64,000 bases of DNA, from assembly GCA_040397255.1 (NCBI GenBank), contig JBBAWJ010000002.1, positions 35,854 to 99,853 on the forward strand. Direction: 5' to 3'. Below are positions 46,592 through 56,470 of this stretch, one piece after another (position 1 is the first letter of the stretch; each line of letters opens with the position of its first letter). The notes under the pieces are model-generated. The model did not search any database and was not told the DNA's origin. It saw only the letters and a list, made by a program, of their open reading frames with translations. The position numbers and the translations under genes were made by a program. Source of the DNA: Candidatus Limnocylindrus sp. Lineage in GTDB: Bacteria; Chloroflexota; Limnocylindria; Limnocylindrales; Limnocylindraceae.

Positions 46592-46796
46592 GGCATCCCC
46601 CTTCAACTACACCTGTGGCGGCATCTGTCGCCTGAGATCAGTATACGACCACTCCCCGCACGAACTCCGGGCTGTTTGACGACCCCCCGGGGGGTAGGCG
46701 TAGGCTGCCAGAAGCAACTGGGTTGAGCCCTCTGAGGACTCCTCTGGTGTGGGTGCAGCCCGGCTTCCTGGGCCCCCGCGTGAAAGGCACTGAACG

Positions 46797-48173
46797 ATGA
46801 ACGTTCTCGTGGTTGGTACTGGCACGGTCGGCGAGGCAATCGCCCACCTGATCAAAGGAAAGAAGTGGCTCGGCACCCTCACCCTTGCGGACTACTCCCG
46901 TGACCGTGCACGCACGGTCGCCGATGCGGTCGGTGCTGGGTACAAGGTTGCCCAGGTTGACGCGGGGAACGCAGCGCAGCTGAAGGAGCTCATCGCGAGC
47001 TCCAAGGCAGACCTCGTCTTGAACGCCGTTGACCCTCGCTTCGTTCCTGCAGTGTTCGACGCCGCCCTTGAGGCTGGCGTGCACTACATCGACATGGCCA
47101 CGAGCCTCTCGGTCCCTGATGTGCAGAACCCATTCACCGTCCCAGGGGTGATGCTCGGCGCGTATCAAGAGGAGCGCAAGAAGCTCTGGGAGGAGCGCGG
47201 CAAGTTGGCGCTCATCGGGATGGGGATGGACCCGGGCCTCTCCAACATCTTTGCCGCCTACGCCGAGAAGTGGACCTTCGACGATATCTCTGCGGTGCAC
47301 GTGCGCGACGGTGGTGACCTGCGCATTGAGGGCTACCCGTTTGCGACGGTCTTCAGCCTCTGGACCGTCATCGAGGAGTGCCTGAACCCGCCGATCGTTT
47401 GGCGTAACGGCAAGATTGAGGTGCGCGAGCCGTTCAGCGAGCCGGAGGACTTCGTCTTCCCTGAAGGGGTTGGGCCCGTGATGTGCGTGAACGTCGAGCA
47501 TGAAGAGATCGTGCAGCTGCCGCGCAGCATGAAGGCCGATGTGATTACGTTTAAGTACGCGCTCGGCGCCGACTTCATCGAGACGCTGCAGCTGCTGCAT
47601 CGGCTCGGGCTCGACGGCAAGAACCCAATTAACGTGAAGGGCGTCCAAGTTGCACCGCGCGACGTGATCGCCGCTCTCTCGCCTGACCCATCAACGCTCG
47701 GTAAGAGCATGATCGGTCGTGCGATCGTTGGAACGTTGGTCAGCGGCACAAAGGATGGCCGCCCCCGCGAAACGTTCCACTATCAGGTGTGCGATGCCGC
47801 GGAGACGATGGGGCGCTACAACCTGCAGCCAGTCGCCTGGCAAACCGGCGTGATGCCCATCATGGCGATGGAGCTGATCGCCGAGGGTGTCTGGGGTGGC
47901 GCGGGAGTCAAGTCGCCCGACATGATGGATCCAGATCCATTCCTCGACATCTGCGAGGACTACGACGTAACGGTCAAGCTCGAGCATCGGCTCCCCGGCC
48001 GCTCGATCCTGCCTGCAACCGAGCAGCCGCCGGTTGGCGCAAAGTCGGTCACGGTGAAGGGCTCGTCGAGCCCAGCCGATACGGCCTACTCGGCGGCAGC
48101 AACCGCAGCGCTCTCCGCACCAGTCTCGTACCCCGAGACCGATGCCGAGCGACAGGGCCGCGGCGGGCGCTAG
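46797..48173 (+). CDS. Saccharopine dehydrogenase-family NAD(P)-binding oxidoreductase
   Basis: MNVLVVGTGTVGEAIAHLI is the Rossmann GxGxxG motif. The sequence resembles the Sacchrp_dh N- and C-terminal domains. A low-complexity C-terminal tail of about 60 aa follows. Confidence 0.7.
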   Translation: MNVLVVGTGTVGEAIAHLIKGKKWLGTLTLADYSRDRARTVADAVGAGYKVAQVDAGNAAQLKELIASSKADLVLNAVDPRFVPAVFDAALEAGVHYIDMATSLSVPDVQNPFTVPGVMLGAYQEERKKLWEERGKLALIGMGMDPGLSNIFAAYAEKWTFDDISAVHVRDGGDLRIEGYPFATVFSLWTVIEECLNPPIVWRNGKIEVREPFSEPEDFVFPEGVGPVMCVNVEHEEIVQLPRSMKADVITFKYALGADFIETLQLLHRLGLDGKNPINVKGVQVAPRDVIAALSPDPSTLGKSMIGRAIVGTLVSGTKDGRPRETFHYQVCDAAETMGRYNLQPVAWQTGVMPIMAMELIAEGVWGGAGVKSPDMMDPDPFLDICEDYDVTVKLEHRLPGRSILPATEQPPVGAKSVTVKGSSSPADTAYSAAATAALSAPVSYPETDAERQGRGGR

Positions 48174-48236
48174 AATCCGCCCGTGCCACGAGCAGCCGTA
48201 GGGCGGAGTGGCCAATTGGGGGGAGGATACGAACTG

Positions 48237-50417
48237 ATGACGAGATCTGTCGTGCTGCGCACGCTACCGACACCCGATTCGTTCCGCGTCCCACCTCGCC
48301 TCGAGGGGTTGCGCCGCGTCTCGTACAACCTCTGGTGGTCGTGGCACCCTGAGGCTCGCGCCCTCTTCCGCCGCATTCATCCCGAGCGCTGGATCGCTAC
48401 GCGTAACCCCGTTGCGATCTGCTCTGGCCCAATTGACTGGGAGCCGCTCCTGGAGGATCCGAAGTTCCTGACCCAGGTCGACGAGGTCGTTGCTGCGTTC
48501 GACAACTACATGGCCGGCGGCAGCGACCTCTGGTTCCCTCGCGCACACGGTGCCGACCTCACCAACCCGATCGCCTACTTCTGTGCCGAGTTCGGCTGGC
48601 ACGAGAGCCTCACCCTCTACTCCGGCGGCCTCGGCGTCTTGGCCGGCGACCATATGAAGGCCGCCTCAGATATGGCGCTCCCACTCGTCGGCGTCGGACT
48701 CCTCTATCGCCGCGGATACTTCCGCCAAGCCATCGATGCCGATGGGCATCAGGAGCACGCCTACCCAGAGATTGACCTCTCGCTGTTGCCCCTCGTCCGC
48801 GCCGCGGGTCCGACCGGCGAGCAGCTCGTTGTCTCGATCCCACTCGGCGACCGCCGAGTTTCGGCGGCGGTATGGGTTGCGCAGATCGGTCGCGTGCCCG
48901 TACTCCTCCTCGATACAGACATCAGCGCCAACAGCGAATCTGACCGACCAATCACCCACATCTTGTACGTGCGTGGCCGGGAGATGCGCCTGCACCAGGA
49001 GATGGTGCTCGGCGTCGGCGGCATTCGCGCCCTGCGCGCCCTGGGCGTCGCCCCGTCGGTCTATCACCTGAACGAAGGCCACTCGGCCCTGAACCTCGTG
49101 GAGCGCACACGCGAGTTCGTCGCCGCGGGCGAGACGCTTGATAGCGCACTTGATCACGTCAAGCGTCACACCGTCTTCACCATTCACACCCCAGTCTCGG
49201 CGGGGAATGAGAAGTTCGCCGTTGACCTGGTGCGCCGCGTTGTTGGGCCGCTCTGTGACGGCACCGGTGAGGCCGACGCTGGCGGTGTACCGCTGCAGCG
49301 CATGCTTGATCTCGCCGTTGGCGCTGAGGGCGATCGTGGTGCCTTCGATTTGACCGCCCTCTCACTTCGACTGAGCGCTGGCGCGAACGCCGTGAGCAAG
49401 CTGCACGCGGAGACGGCGAACGCCACCTGGTCACCAGTCATCACCAACAAGATCCTTGGGATCACCAATGGGGTGCACATGCCGACCTGGGTGGGGCGCG
49501 AGACGCGCGTCGTCTATGAGCAGTTCCTGAACGCCGACCTCGATCGACTCGACACCGATGGACCAGAGGCGGCAGGCTTCTGGGAGCGCCTCGGGGGCGT
49601 TGATGCGCGCGCCTGGTGGGATGCCCACGCTCGACAGAAGGTGGCGCTCGGAGAGTTCTTGCGTGACTCCATCCGCCGACAGCTCGGGCGACACGGTGAC
49701 TCGCCCGACGCACTTCGCGAGGCGGACACCTTCTTTGACCCCAACGTTCTGACGATCGGCTTCGCTCGCCGCTTCGCCACCTATAAGCGCGCCAATCTTC
49801 TCTTCACCGATATTGAGCGTCTCACCCGCATCTTGAGCAACAGTGACCGGCCGGTGCAGATTGTCTTCGCCGGAAAGGCGCACCCGGCTGATCGCGCCGG
49901 CCAAGAGGTGATTCGCGACATTTGGGAGAAGAGCCGCACCGCCGCCTTCCGTGGGCGCATCTTTGTTATGGAGGATTACGACATGCGAACGACTCGCTAT
50001 CTCGTCGCTGGCTGTGATGTGTGGCTCAACACGCCGCGTCGACCACTCGAGGCGTCGGGCACCTCTGGAATGAAGGCCTCCGCCAATGGCGCCGTGAACG
50101 TCTCGATCCTTGATGGCTGGTGGGACGAGGGGTACACGGGCAGCAATGGCTTTGCGATCGGCGACACCTCCATCAACCCGGATGACGCGGCACAAGACGC
50201 AGCTGATGCCGAGAGCCTTTATCGCATCCTGGAGAACGAGGTCGTACCGCGCTACTACGATCGCGGCGCCGATGGCCTTCCCGCCGCTTGGCTTGACCTG
50301 GCGCGTGCATCGATCGGCAGCACCCTTTGGCGCTTCAGCACCACCCGCATGCTCCACGAGTACTGCGAGCAGCTCTACCTCCCCGCCGCCGCCCCACGAA
50401 CGGGGTCCCACCGCTAA
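48237..50417 (+). CDS. glgP: Alpha-glucan phosphorylase (GT35, 'alpha-glucan family phosphorylase')
   Basis: LRRVSYNLWWSWHPEARALF, YFCAEFGWHESLTLYSGGLGVLAGDH and EASGTSGMKASANG (PLP lysine region) are present. ATG 48237 has a GGGAGGA SD sequence. Confidence 0.85.
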   Translation: MTRSVVLRTLPTPDSFRVPPRLEGLRRVSYNLWWSWHPEARALFRRIHPERWIATRNPVAICSGPIDWEPLLEDPKFLTQVDEVVAAFDNYMAGGSDLWFPRAHGADLTNPIAYFCAEFGWHESLTLYSGGLGVLAGDHMKAASDMALPLVGVGLLYRRGYFRQAIDADGHQEHAYPEIDLSLLPLVRAAGPTGEQLVVSIPLGDRRVSAAVWVAQIGRVPVLLLDTDISANSESDRPITHILYVRGREMRLHQEMVLGVGGIRALRALGVAPSVYHLNEGHSALNLVERTREFVAAGETLDSALDHVKRHTVFTIHTPVSAGNEKFAVDLVRRVVGPLCDGTGEADAGGVPLQRMLDLAVGAEGDRGAFDLTALSLRLSAGANAVSKLHAETANATWSPVITNKILGITNGVHMPTWVGRETRVVYEQFLNADLDRLDTDGPEAAGFWERLGGVDARAWWDAHARQKVALGEFLRDSIRRQLGRHGDSPDALREADTFFDPNVLTIGFARRFATYKRANLLFTDIERLTRILSNSDRPVQIVFAGKAHPADRAGQEVIRDIWEKSRTAAFRGRIFVMEDYDMRTTRYLVAGCDVWLNTPRRPLEASGTSGMKASANGAVNVSILDGWWDEGYTGSNGFAIGDTSINPDDAAQDAADAESLYRILENEVVPRYYDRGADGLPAAWLDLARASIGSTLWRFSTTRMLHEYCEQLYLPAAAPRTGSHR

Positions 50418-50426
50418 CCTCTCCCC

Positions 50427-52619
50427 ATGAGTAGCAGTGGCGCACCCCGTAAGATCTCGCTCGCGCTCACCCTGCACAACCACCAGCCGGTCGGCAACTT
50501 CGGCTGGGTCTTCGATGAGATCTACGAGAAGGCCTACCTGCCGATGATCAAGGCGCTGGAGCGCCACCCGAAGGTGCGACTCTCACTGCACTACACCGGA
50601 CCGCTGCTCGAGTGGTTTGCCGCCGCGCATCCAGACTTCCTTGCGCGCGTGCGCACACTTGTGGAACGCGGCCAGGTTGAGATCGTTGGTGGCGGACTCT
50701 ACGAGCCGATCCTCGCCTCACTCCCCGCTGCGGATCGCGTCGCGCAGCTACGACGCATGCGCGAGCGCATTAAAGAGCTCGTCGGCGTTGCGCCGCAGGG
50801 TGCATGGCTCGCCGAGCGCGTCTGGGAGCCATCACTACCAGCGGCACTGCACGATGGCGGCTATCGCTGGACGATCCTCGACGATGCGCACTTCCGCGCC
50901 GCTGCTATTCCAGAGGATGCACTCTGGGGCGCCTACCTCACCGAAGATGAGGGGAAGCCGCTCACCGTCTTCGGCACCGAGCAGGGGCTGCGATATCGCA
51001 TCCCCTTCGGATCGGTTGAGAGCGTGATTGAGTATCTGCGTGAACATGCCACCCCCGACGGCGAGCGCATCGGCACGATGGGTGACGACGGTGAGAAGTT
51101 CGGCTCCTGGCCAACCACCTGGGATCACTGCTGGGGCGAAGGTCAGTGGGTCGAGAGGTTCTTCACCGCCCTCGAGACGAACGCTGACTGGCTCACCACC
51201 ACCACGCCATCGAGTTGGCTTGATGAGCGCGGCCCGATCGGTCGCGTCTATCTGCCGACCTCGTCGTATGCCGAGATGGGTGACTGGGTCTTGCCGCCAG
51301 ATGAGTCACAGGTCTTTGGGCCGATGCTGCATGCGGCACAGGATGCGCGTAGCCCTGAGGCGCGCTATCTGCGCGGTGGCTTCTGGCGCAACTTCCAGGT
51401 GAAGTACAGCGAGATCAACGATCTCCACAAGCAGATGCTGCGCACCAGTGCCAAGGTGGCCGCCATGCCCGCAGGGGCCGAGCGGCTCGCCGCCGAGGAT
51501 CACCTGCATCGCGGCCAATCAAATGACTGCTACTGGCACGGACTCTTCGGTGGTGTGTACATCACCCACATGCGCCTCGCCACCTTCGAGCACCTCATCG
51601 CCGCCGAAGACATCGCTGACGGCACCTACCGCCGCACCAACGCAGGGGCAGCGCTGCCAGCGCTCCTTGCCGATCTCGACCTCGACGGGGCCAGCGAGCT
51701 TCAGCTCGCCAACGCTGGTGCGCGACTGCAGATCGACCCGACCGAAGGTGGTTCGATCACCTCGTTCGACCTACGCGCTCCACACCACGCGCTCCTGGCG
51801 GTGATGCGCCGACGCCCCGAGGCGTATCACGAGAAGCTGCGTGCACACGCCACAGCGGAGGCCGCCGGCGCAACGGCGAGCCCTGCAAGCGAGGGTGGTG
51901 GCGTGGCATCGATCCACGAAATCGTCTCCGTGAAAGAGCCGGGCCTCGCGGCAAAGCTGCAGTACGACGACTACGAGCGCCGCTCTGCCCTACTGCGCCT
52001 CTACCCTGCTGGCACGAGCGGTCGCGCGATCGCCGACGGCGCCGCCAAGGCGATCGGCAGCTTTGCCTCGACACCTTGGGTGCTGACGGAACATGACGAT
52101 CACAGTGCAACGCTCACCGCCACGCAGCAGATTGGTGGCACGACCATCGCGGCGACGCGAACGATTCGGCTGGCGGGGGGTCGCATGGATCCAACCCTCG
52201 CGGTCGAGACGACGCTCGCGCACACCGGCGGCCCAGATCTCAGCGCTGTCCTTGATGAGGAGTGGAACTTGATGCTGCTCGGTGGCGGTGGTAATCCCGC
52301 GGCGCACTGGACGGCGGCGGGCGTGCGCACGGCACATGACGCACCGGGCGGGGCGCAAGCAAGCGCGCCACTCATCTCAGGGAACGACTACCTCGGCATT
52401 GCACTTGCGACCACCAGCGCGCCGCAGGCGGCCGCCGCATGGGCGCCAATCGAAACGATCTCCAACTCGGAGGGTGGATTCGAGCGCGTATACCAGGGAA
52501 GCTCGTTGCACCTCGTGCGCTCCATTGAGCTTCTGCCGAACGCAACGGTCACCGTACGCACCGAGCATGCCTGCGGCCTGAGCCGTGACATCACTGCAGA
52601 GGAGGGGCTCCCCTCCTAG
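50427..52619 (+). CDS. Glycoside hydrolase family 57 protein (alpha-amylase/4-alpha-glucanotransferase type with DUF1926-like C-terminal region)
   Basis: LALTLHNHQPVGNF...LSLHYTGPLLEW...EIVGGGLYEPIL...AWLAERVWEP...DDGEKFG is the typical GH57 catalytic region. Confidence 0.8.
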   Translation: MSSSGAPRKISLALTLHNHQPVGNFGWVFDEIYEKAYLPMIKALERHPKVRLSLHYTGPLLEWFAAAHPDFLARVRTLVERGQVEIVGGGLYEPILASLPAADRVAQLRRMRERIKELVGVAPQGAWLAERVWEPSLPAALHDGGYRWTILDDAHFRAAAIPEDALWGAYLTEDEGKPLTVFGTEQGLRYRIPFGSVESVIEYLREHATPDGERIGTMGDDGEKFGSWPTTWDHCWGEGQWVERFFTALETNADWLTTTTPSSWLDERGPIGRVYLPTSSYAEMGDWVLPPDESQVFGPMLHAAQDARSPEARYLRGGFWRNFQVKYSEINDLHKQMLRTSAKVAAMPAGAERLAAEDHLHRGQSNDCYWHGLFGGVYITHMRLATFEHLIAAEDIADGTYRRTNAGAALPALLADLDLDGASELQLANAGARLQIDPTEGGSITSFDLRAPHHALLAVMRRRPEAYHEKLRAHATAEAAGATASPASEGGGVASIHEIVSVKEPGLAAKLQYDDYERRSALLRLYPAGTSGRAIADGAAKAIGSFASTPWVLTEHDDHSATLTATQQIGGTTIAATRTIRLAGGRMDPTLAVETTLAHTGGPDLSAVLDEEWNLMLLGGGGNPAAHWTAAGVRTAHDAPGGAQASAPLISGNDYLGIALATTSAPQAAAAWAPIETISNSEGGFERVYQGSSLHLVRSIELLPNATVTVRTEHACGLSRDITAEEGLPS

Positions 52620-54457
52620 TCGATCTGCTCGGCGAGGCCGAGGAGTCGCTCGAGGAGCGGGATCGGTGGCGTCCCGTGCGAGAGCACCGCGCGCAGATGC
52701 TTCGGCCGCGAGAAGCCTGGCGTCTCCACTCGGTTCCCGGGCAGATCCGCGCCGTCAACATGCGTAACTGGCCCACCAGCGGCACGCCGTGCGCGATTTT
52801 CAGCCTCCCAGCACCCCATTGATCCGACAAAGTAGGTCGGCAGCTGCGTAGAGGTGAGACGCGCGCGCAGATACTTCGCCTTCGCCTCCGCCTCCTCTTG
52901 CCAGCTCTGGCCAACCATCAGGTCCAGCGCCCACGCCTCATCGCGGCCATCAGCGTGAATGCCTGCATCAAGCAGCGCGTTGGCAATGCAGCGGAGATAG
53001 AATTTCCAGTGCACCAGCTCAAGCGCCAGGTCGCCGTCACCGAAGCCCTCATCAATCATCACCTGCGTGACGTAGACCGCCCACCCTTCAGCGAAGACGC
53101 CAGAGCCGAAGGCGGCGCGAAGTAGGCGCGGCGTCTGATTTGCGGCGGCGAGCTGCAGGTAGTGACCTGGGATCGCCTCGTGGATCGCGAGGAGCGCCAA
53201 CATGCGGTTGTTGTCTTCACGCATCTTCGACTCAACCTGTTCGGGAGTTGCATCATCGGGGGCTGGCGTCACGTAGAAGAAGCTCTTCTCGCCACGATCG
53301 AGTGGGCCTGGCGCATCAAGGAAGGCCCCAGCATAGGCGCGCAAGAAGAGCGGCGTCCACATGATCTCGAGCGGCTCCTTCGGGAGGTCAACGAGCCCAG
53401 TTTTGCGGATGAACGCTTCGCAGCGTGCTGTTTCGGCGCGTGATCGATCCAGCATCTCTTCGGGGGCGCAGTGATCGCCACCAATCGCGTGCAACACCTC
53501 TGCGACGAGCGTTGAACGATCGCCGCTGAGTGCTGCGGTTGCCCGCTCCCCGAGCCACTCCGGTGCAATGCGTTGGGCGATCGAGATCATGCGCGCGCGC
53601 ACCGCGGCGAACTCCTGCTCCCCCTTGGCTGCAATTGCGGCACGGTCGTGTGATCCGAAGAGGGTGTGGCGCAAGGCGCGGTCGTAGAGTGCTGCGCCGT
53701 AGCGCCCCTCGCCGGAACTCTTCGGGAGAACCTCGCGCTGCAGTTGCTCGATGAACCGATCTGTGGCGGCGATGGCCGCATCGGCTGGGCCGCGCAGCGC
53801 CTCACCGTAGGTCGTTACCCCGAGCTCAGCGAGCTCGGCGATGCCAGGCGCTTGTGCGATCGCCGTCTCGGTATGGAGGCGACTGACTGGCCGCGCTGGG
53901 AGCATCACCGTGCCAGTTGGCGGGATATCTCTCCCGCGTCGCGGTGCGCCGTCGTCGGCGGGCACCCGCAGTTCAGGGAGGCCGGTGAGGTCGGCAACGG
54001 CGGCATCGAGAAGGGCAGGAACCTGCGCGAGCCGGCGGGCGAGGTCGCTGGCACGACGCTCTGCCGTTCCGAAGCCGCGTGCGATGAGGGGGAAGAGCCC
54101 GCCGCCAATGACGGACACCGTGTGGAGGGCGTCCCACGCCTCGGGCTGCACCTCCTGCAGTTCGAAGCGGATCGCGCGAATCGTGCCGAGGGCCAGGTCG
54201 CGATCACAGAGATCGTCGGGGCTGAGGCTCGCCGCTGGGATGGCAATCAGCCGTCCCTCTTCGCGGTCACACCAGTCCAGCCGCGCCGCGCGACCGGCGG
54301 GGCCATGCTCCCCCCACGATCCGTCGTAGTCATGGATCCCCATCCCCGTGGCCGCAACTGGGTGCAGTGCAGCGAAGCGGGCGAGGAGGCCGGCGGCGTC
54401 GAGGGCATCAATCATCGTCGGCAGGGTACCATCAGCGCATGGGTGCAGAAGAGACAA
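52616..54457 (-). CDS. DUF885-family protein (putative metallopeptidase-like)
   Basis: HEAIPGHYLQ and the FAEGWAVY motif are characteristic of DUF885. Alternative start: ATG 54415. Confidence 0.7.
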   Translation of the reverse strand: MSLLHPCADGTLPTMIDALDAAGLLARFAALHPVAATGMGIHDYDGSWGEHGPAGRAARLDWCDREEGRLIAIPAASLSPDDLCDRDLALGTIRAIRFELQEVQPEAWDALHTVSVIGGGLFPLIARGFGTAERRASDLARRLAQVPALLDAAVADLTGLPELRVPADDGAPRRGRDIPPTGTVMLPARPVSRLHTETAIAQAPGIAELAELGVTTYGEALRGPADAAIAATDRFIEQLQREVLPKSSGEGRYGAALYDRALRHTLFGSHDRAAIAAKGEQEFAAVRARMISIAQRIAPEWLGERATAALSGDRSTLVAEVLHAIGGDHCAPEEMLDRSRAETARCEAFIRKTGLVDLPKEPLEIMWTPLFLRAYAGAFLDAPGPLDRGEKSFFYVTPAPDDATPEQVESKMREDNNRMLALLAIHEAIPGHYLQLAAANQTPRLLRAAFGSGVFAEGWAVYVTQVMIDEGFGDGDLALELVHWKFYLRCIANALLDAGIHADGRDEAWALDLMVGQSWQEEAEAKAKYLRARLTSTQLPTYFVGSMGCWEAENRARRAAGGPVTHVDGADLPGNRVETPGFSRPKHLRAVLSHGTPPIPLLERLLGLAEQID

Positions 54458-54774
54458 CCGACGCCTTCTTTGAGCTGCTGAACGCGGATGACCGCGTAGG
54501 CGCTCTCAAGCTCATGGACGAGCGCATCGAGATGCGCGTGCACGTCGCCGACAGCGTTCAACTGTTGAAGGGACACGAACGCGTTGGCGGCTGGTTCCTG
54601 CGCGCCGACAAGGGGCTACGCATGATCCCAGGCGAAGTTAAGGACACCGGCCATCAGGTCGAGTGCGACATCTTGGTCGTGCGACCCGGATCCAAGAGCA
54701 GCAAGATTGACGCAACGATCAAGGTCGAAGCTGGCAAGATCACCGCGATCAACTTCTCGCCGCGCGACCGCTAA
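54439..54774 (+). CDS. Small NTF2/SnoaL-like fold protein (hypothetical)
   Basis: 111 aa from the internal ATG (MGAEETTDAFFELLNADD...). The alpha+beta pattern ends in KVEAGKITAINF. Assignment is by general resemblance only. Confidence 0.4.
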   Translation: MGAEETTDAFFELLNADDRVGALKLMDERIEMRVHVADSVQLLKGHERVGGWFLRADKGLRMIPGEVKDTGHQVECDILVVRPGSKSSKIDATIKVEAGKITAINFSPRDR

Positions 54775-54786
54775 TACCCTCGCCCG

Positions 54787-55626
54787 TTACGGGCTCGGTG
54801 ACGTCACCACGTCGGGAATTCCCTGCGGGATGATTAGGTCCTGACCCGCGCGAATAAGCTCAGGGTTCGTGATTTCTGGATTAGCACTCATGATGACGTC
54901 AATGCTGACCTGAAACCTTGTAGCAATTTCTCCTAACGTTTCGCCCGACTTCACGCGATAGATCAGCGACTCTGCTGTTGGCGTTGGGGTTGGCGACGGG
55001 CTGACGTCACTAGTCGGTGAGGCGCTCGGGGATGGTGTTGCCGTTACCCCAGCGATGAATCCATTGACCCCCTTCAAGATTGTCGGGAGCGAGAAGAGGA
55101 TCACCGCAGCGAGAACGAGCAGCGCGGCGGCGCCTCGCGTTCCCCCCGGAATCTTCGGGAGCCGCAGTGCGGCACGTGGCGCCTCGTCATCCATGGAGCG
55201 ACGCTTGTGTAGTGGCACCAGGCGGACGCGCTCCTCTTCGGTGGGGCTTAGCTCGTAGCGCGGCTCACCCGGCGCCGGCGCCGTTGACCAGATGCTCCCC
55301 TCGGGGAGATCTTCGTACTCGCCATCAATCTCATCGATGCCGAGCGTTGCAGCGGCGAGATCAACTGGCGCACTTGCTGCGGGGGTACCGAACGGGAGTG
55401 GCTGGGGGGCGGGGGCATCGATCGTTTGCGCAGCCTCGCGCGAGGCCCAAGCAAGAAAGATTGGGCAGGCGGTAAATGTTGGGGTGAGGCAGGTGTCACT
55501 CTGCCGCTGCAGATTGATCGGCTCTGCGGGGCGCGTTGCGAAACAGGAGTGCGCCGCACTCGGCCCTGACGATCGCTTCGAGGAGTCTGCGCCCGTCGCA
55601 ATAAAGGGGCAAACGTTGGCGGTCAT
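54787..55626 (-). CDS. Single-pass membrane protein: N-terminal 4-Cys cytoplasmic domain, TM, Pro/Ser/Thr linker, C-terminal LysM domain
   Basis: LysM: YRVKSGETLGEIATRFQVSIDVIMSANPEITNPELIRAGQDLIIP. TM: AAALLVLAAVILFSLPTIL. N-terminal pattern: CPF-x21-C-x17-C-x7-CP. The ATG at 55626 overlaps the upstream gene's stop. Confidence 0.7.
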   Translation of the reverse strand: MTANVCPFIATGADSSKRSSGPSAAHSCFATRPAEPINLQRQSDTCLTPTFTACPIFLAWASREAAQTIDAPAPQPLPFGTPAASAPVDLAAATLGIDEIDGEYEDLPEGSIWSTAPAPGEPRYELSPTEEERVRLVPLHKRRSMDDEAPRAALRLPKIPGGTRGAAALLVLAAVILFSLPTILKGVNGFIAGVTATPSPSASPTSDVSPSPTPTPTAESLIYRVKSGETLGEIATRFQVSIDVIMSANPEITNPELIRAGQDLIIPQGIPDVVTSPSP

Positions 55627-56384
55627 GACGGCGATCCTACCCCGTCGCGCCAGATCTTCTCCATACGATCGGCAAGCGCTTCGCTCCATGCTGCAGCGAA
55701 GGTCAACTCTTCTCGGCTCCCCGCCTCGGGGGCCGGTTGATCAGTGCATGGCGAGGTGTCGTCGAGTGCGATCACCTCAACGCTCGGCAGGCCGAATCTG
55801 CGATTGCGGAATCGAAAGATCACCGGCACGACCGGCACCCTGGTCCGCATGGCGATAATCGCCGCCCCTGGGCGGAACTCTGCGAAGCGATCTGCCGGTC
55901 CGCCGGTTCCACCCTCGGGCATCACGCCATAGTGGGCGCCAGCGGCGAAGACGGCGGTCGCCGCATTCAGGTGCGTCTCAATACCACTCGTGCCACGCCA
56001 CACCGGGAGGAGGCCACCGAGTCGCCGCAGTAGCGCGGAGCGGACGCGACCGCGACCAACAATGAATGGGCCAAGGCCGAGCCACCAGATCCGCGGCGCT
56101 GCGGGGGCGACGATGCCGAGCGCAAAGGCCTCGTAGTAGCGACGGTGCGGAGCACCGACCAGGATGCGCGGCCCAGACGTGGCGAGGCGGTCAAGCCCGA
56201 TGGCCCGGATGCGCATCCCGAACGCACCGAGCACCACGCGCAGGGTGAAGCGCAGCGCACGATAGGCGAAACTCGCCTCCGCCCACGGCTGACGCCCAAG
56301 CCACGCGACACCCTCACCCGCCGCAGGCGGGATCAAGGCATCTCGGCTGTACGAGCTGTACGCTCGGACCTTTCGTTCGCTCAT
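55623..56384 (-). CDS. Lysophospholipid (PlsC-like) acyltransferase family protein
   Basis: LVGAPHRRYYEAF occupies the motif I position (HX4E rather than HX4D). GVMPEGGTGG is the PEG motif. The start is uncertain (ATG 56384 or 56441). Confidence 0.5.
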   Translation of the reverse strand: MSERKVRAYSSYSRDALIPPAAGEGVAWLGRQPWAEASFAYRALRFTLRVVLGAFGMRIRAIGLDRLATSGPRILVGAPHRRYYEAFALGIVAPAAPRIWWLGLGPFIVGRGRVRSALLRRLGGLLPVWRGTSGIETHLNAATAVFAAGAHYGVMPEGGTGGPADRFAEFRPGAAIIAMRTRVPVVPVIFRFRNRRFGLPSVEVIALDDTSPCTDQPAPEAGSREELTFAAAWSEALADRMEKIWRDGVGSPS

Positions 56385-56470
56385 ATGCTGAAACCCTACA
56401 CGCTCCCACCCCCCACGGCCGAGGCTCGTCGCGCGCCGCACAGTCCGCTACCGTACAGAGGGCGGCCCCC

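Noticed and set aside
46592-46796. 205-nt lemA/saccharopine-DH divergent region containing a perfect CCCCCCGGGGGG palindrome (46683-46694) and a GGCTGC...GCAGCC pairing (46702-46707 / 46754-46759); considered as a riboswitch or ncRNA
   Set aside because: I could not match it to any riboswitch consensus I know (lysine, SAM, guanidine, c-di-AMP and others). The length is ordinary for two divergent promoters. A covariance-model scan (Rfam/Infernal) would be needed before any claim.
46638-47648. 336-aa minus-strand ORF
   Set aside because: It is fully antisense to the saccharopine-dehydrogenase-family gene, which carries a clear Rossmann motif. The translation has no recognisable domain and is a GC-driven shadow ORF.
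49431-50567. 378-aa minus-strand ORF
   Set aside because: It is antisense to glgP and the start of the GH57 gene. The opposite strand has strong family motifs, and this ORF has none.
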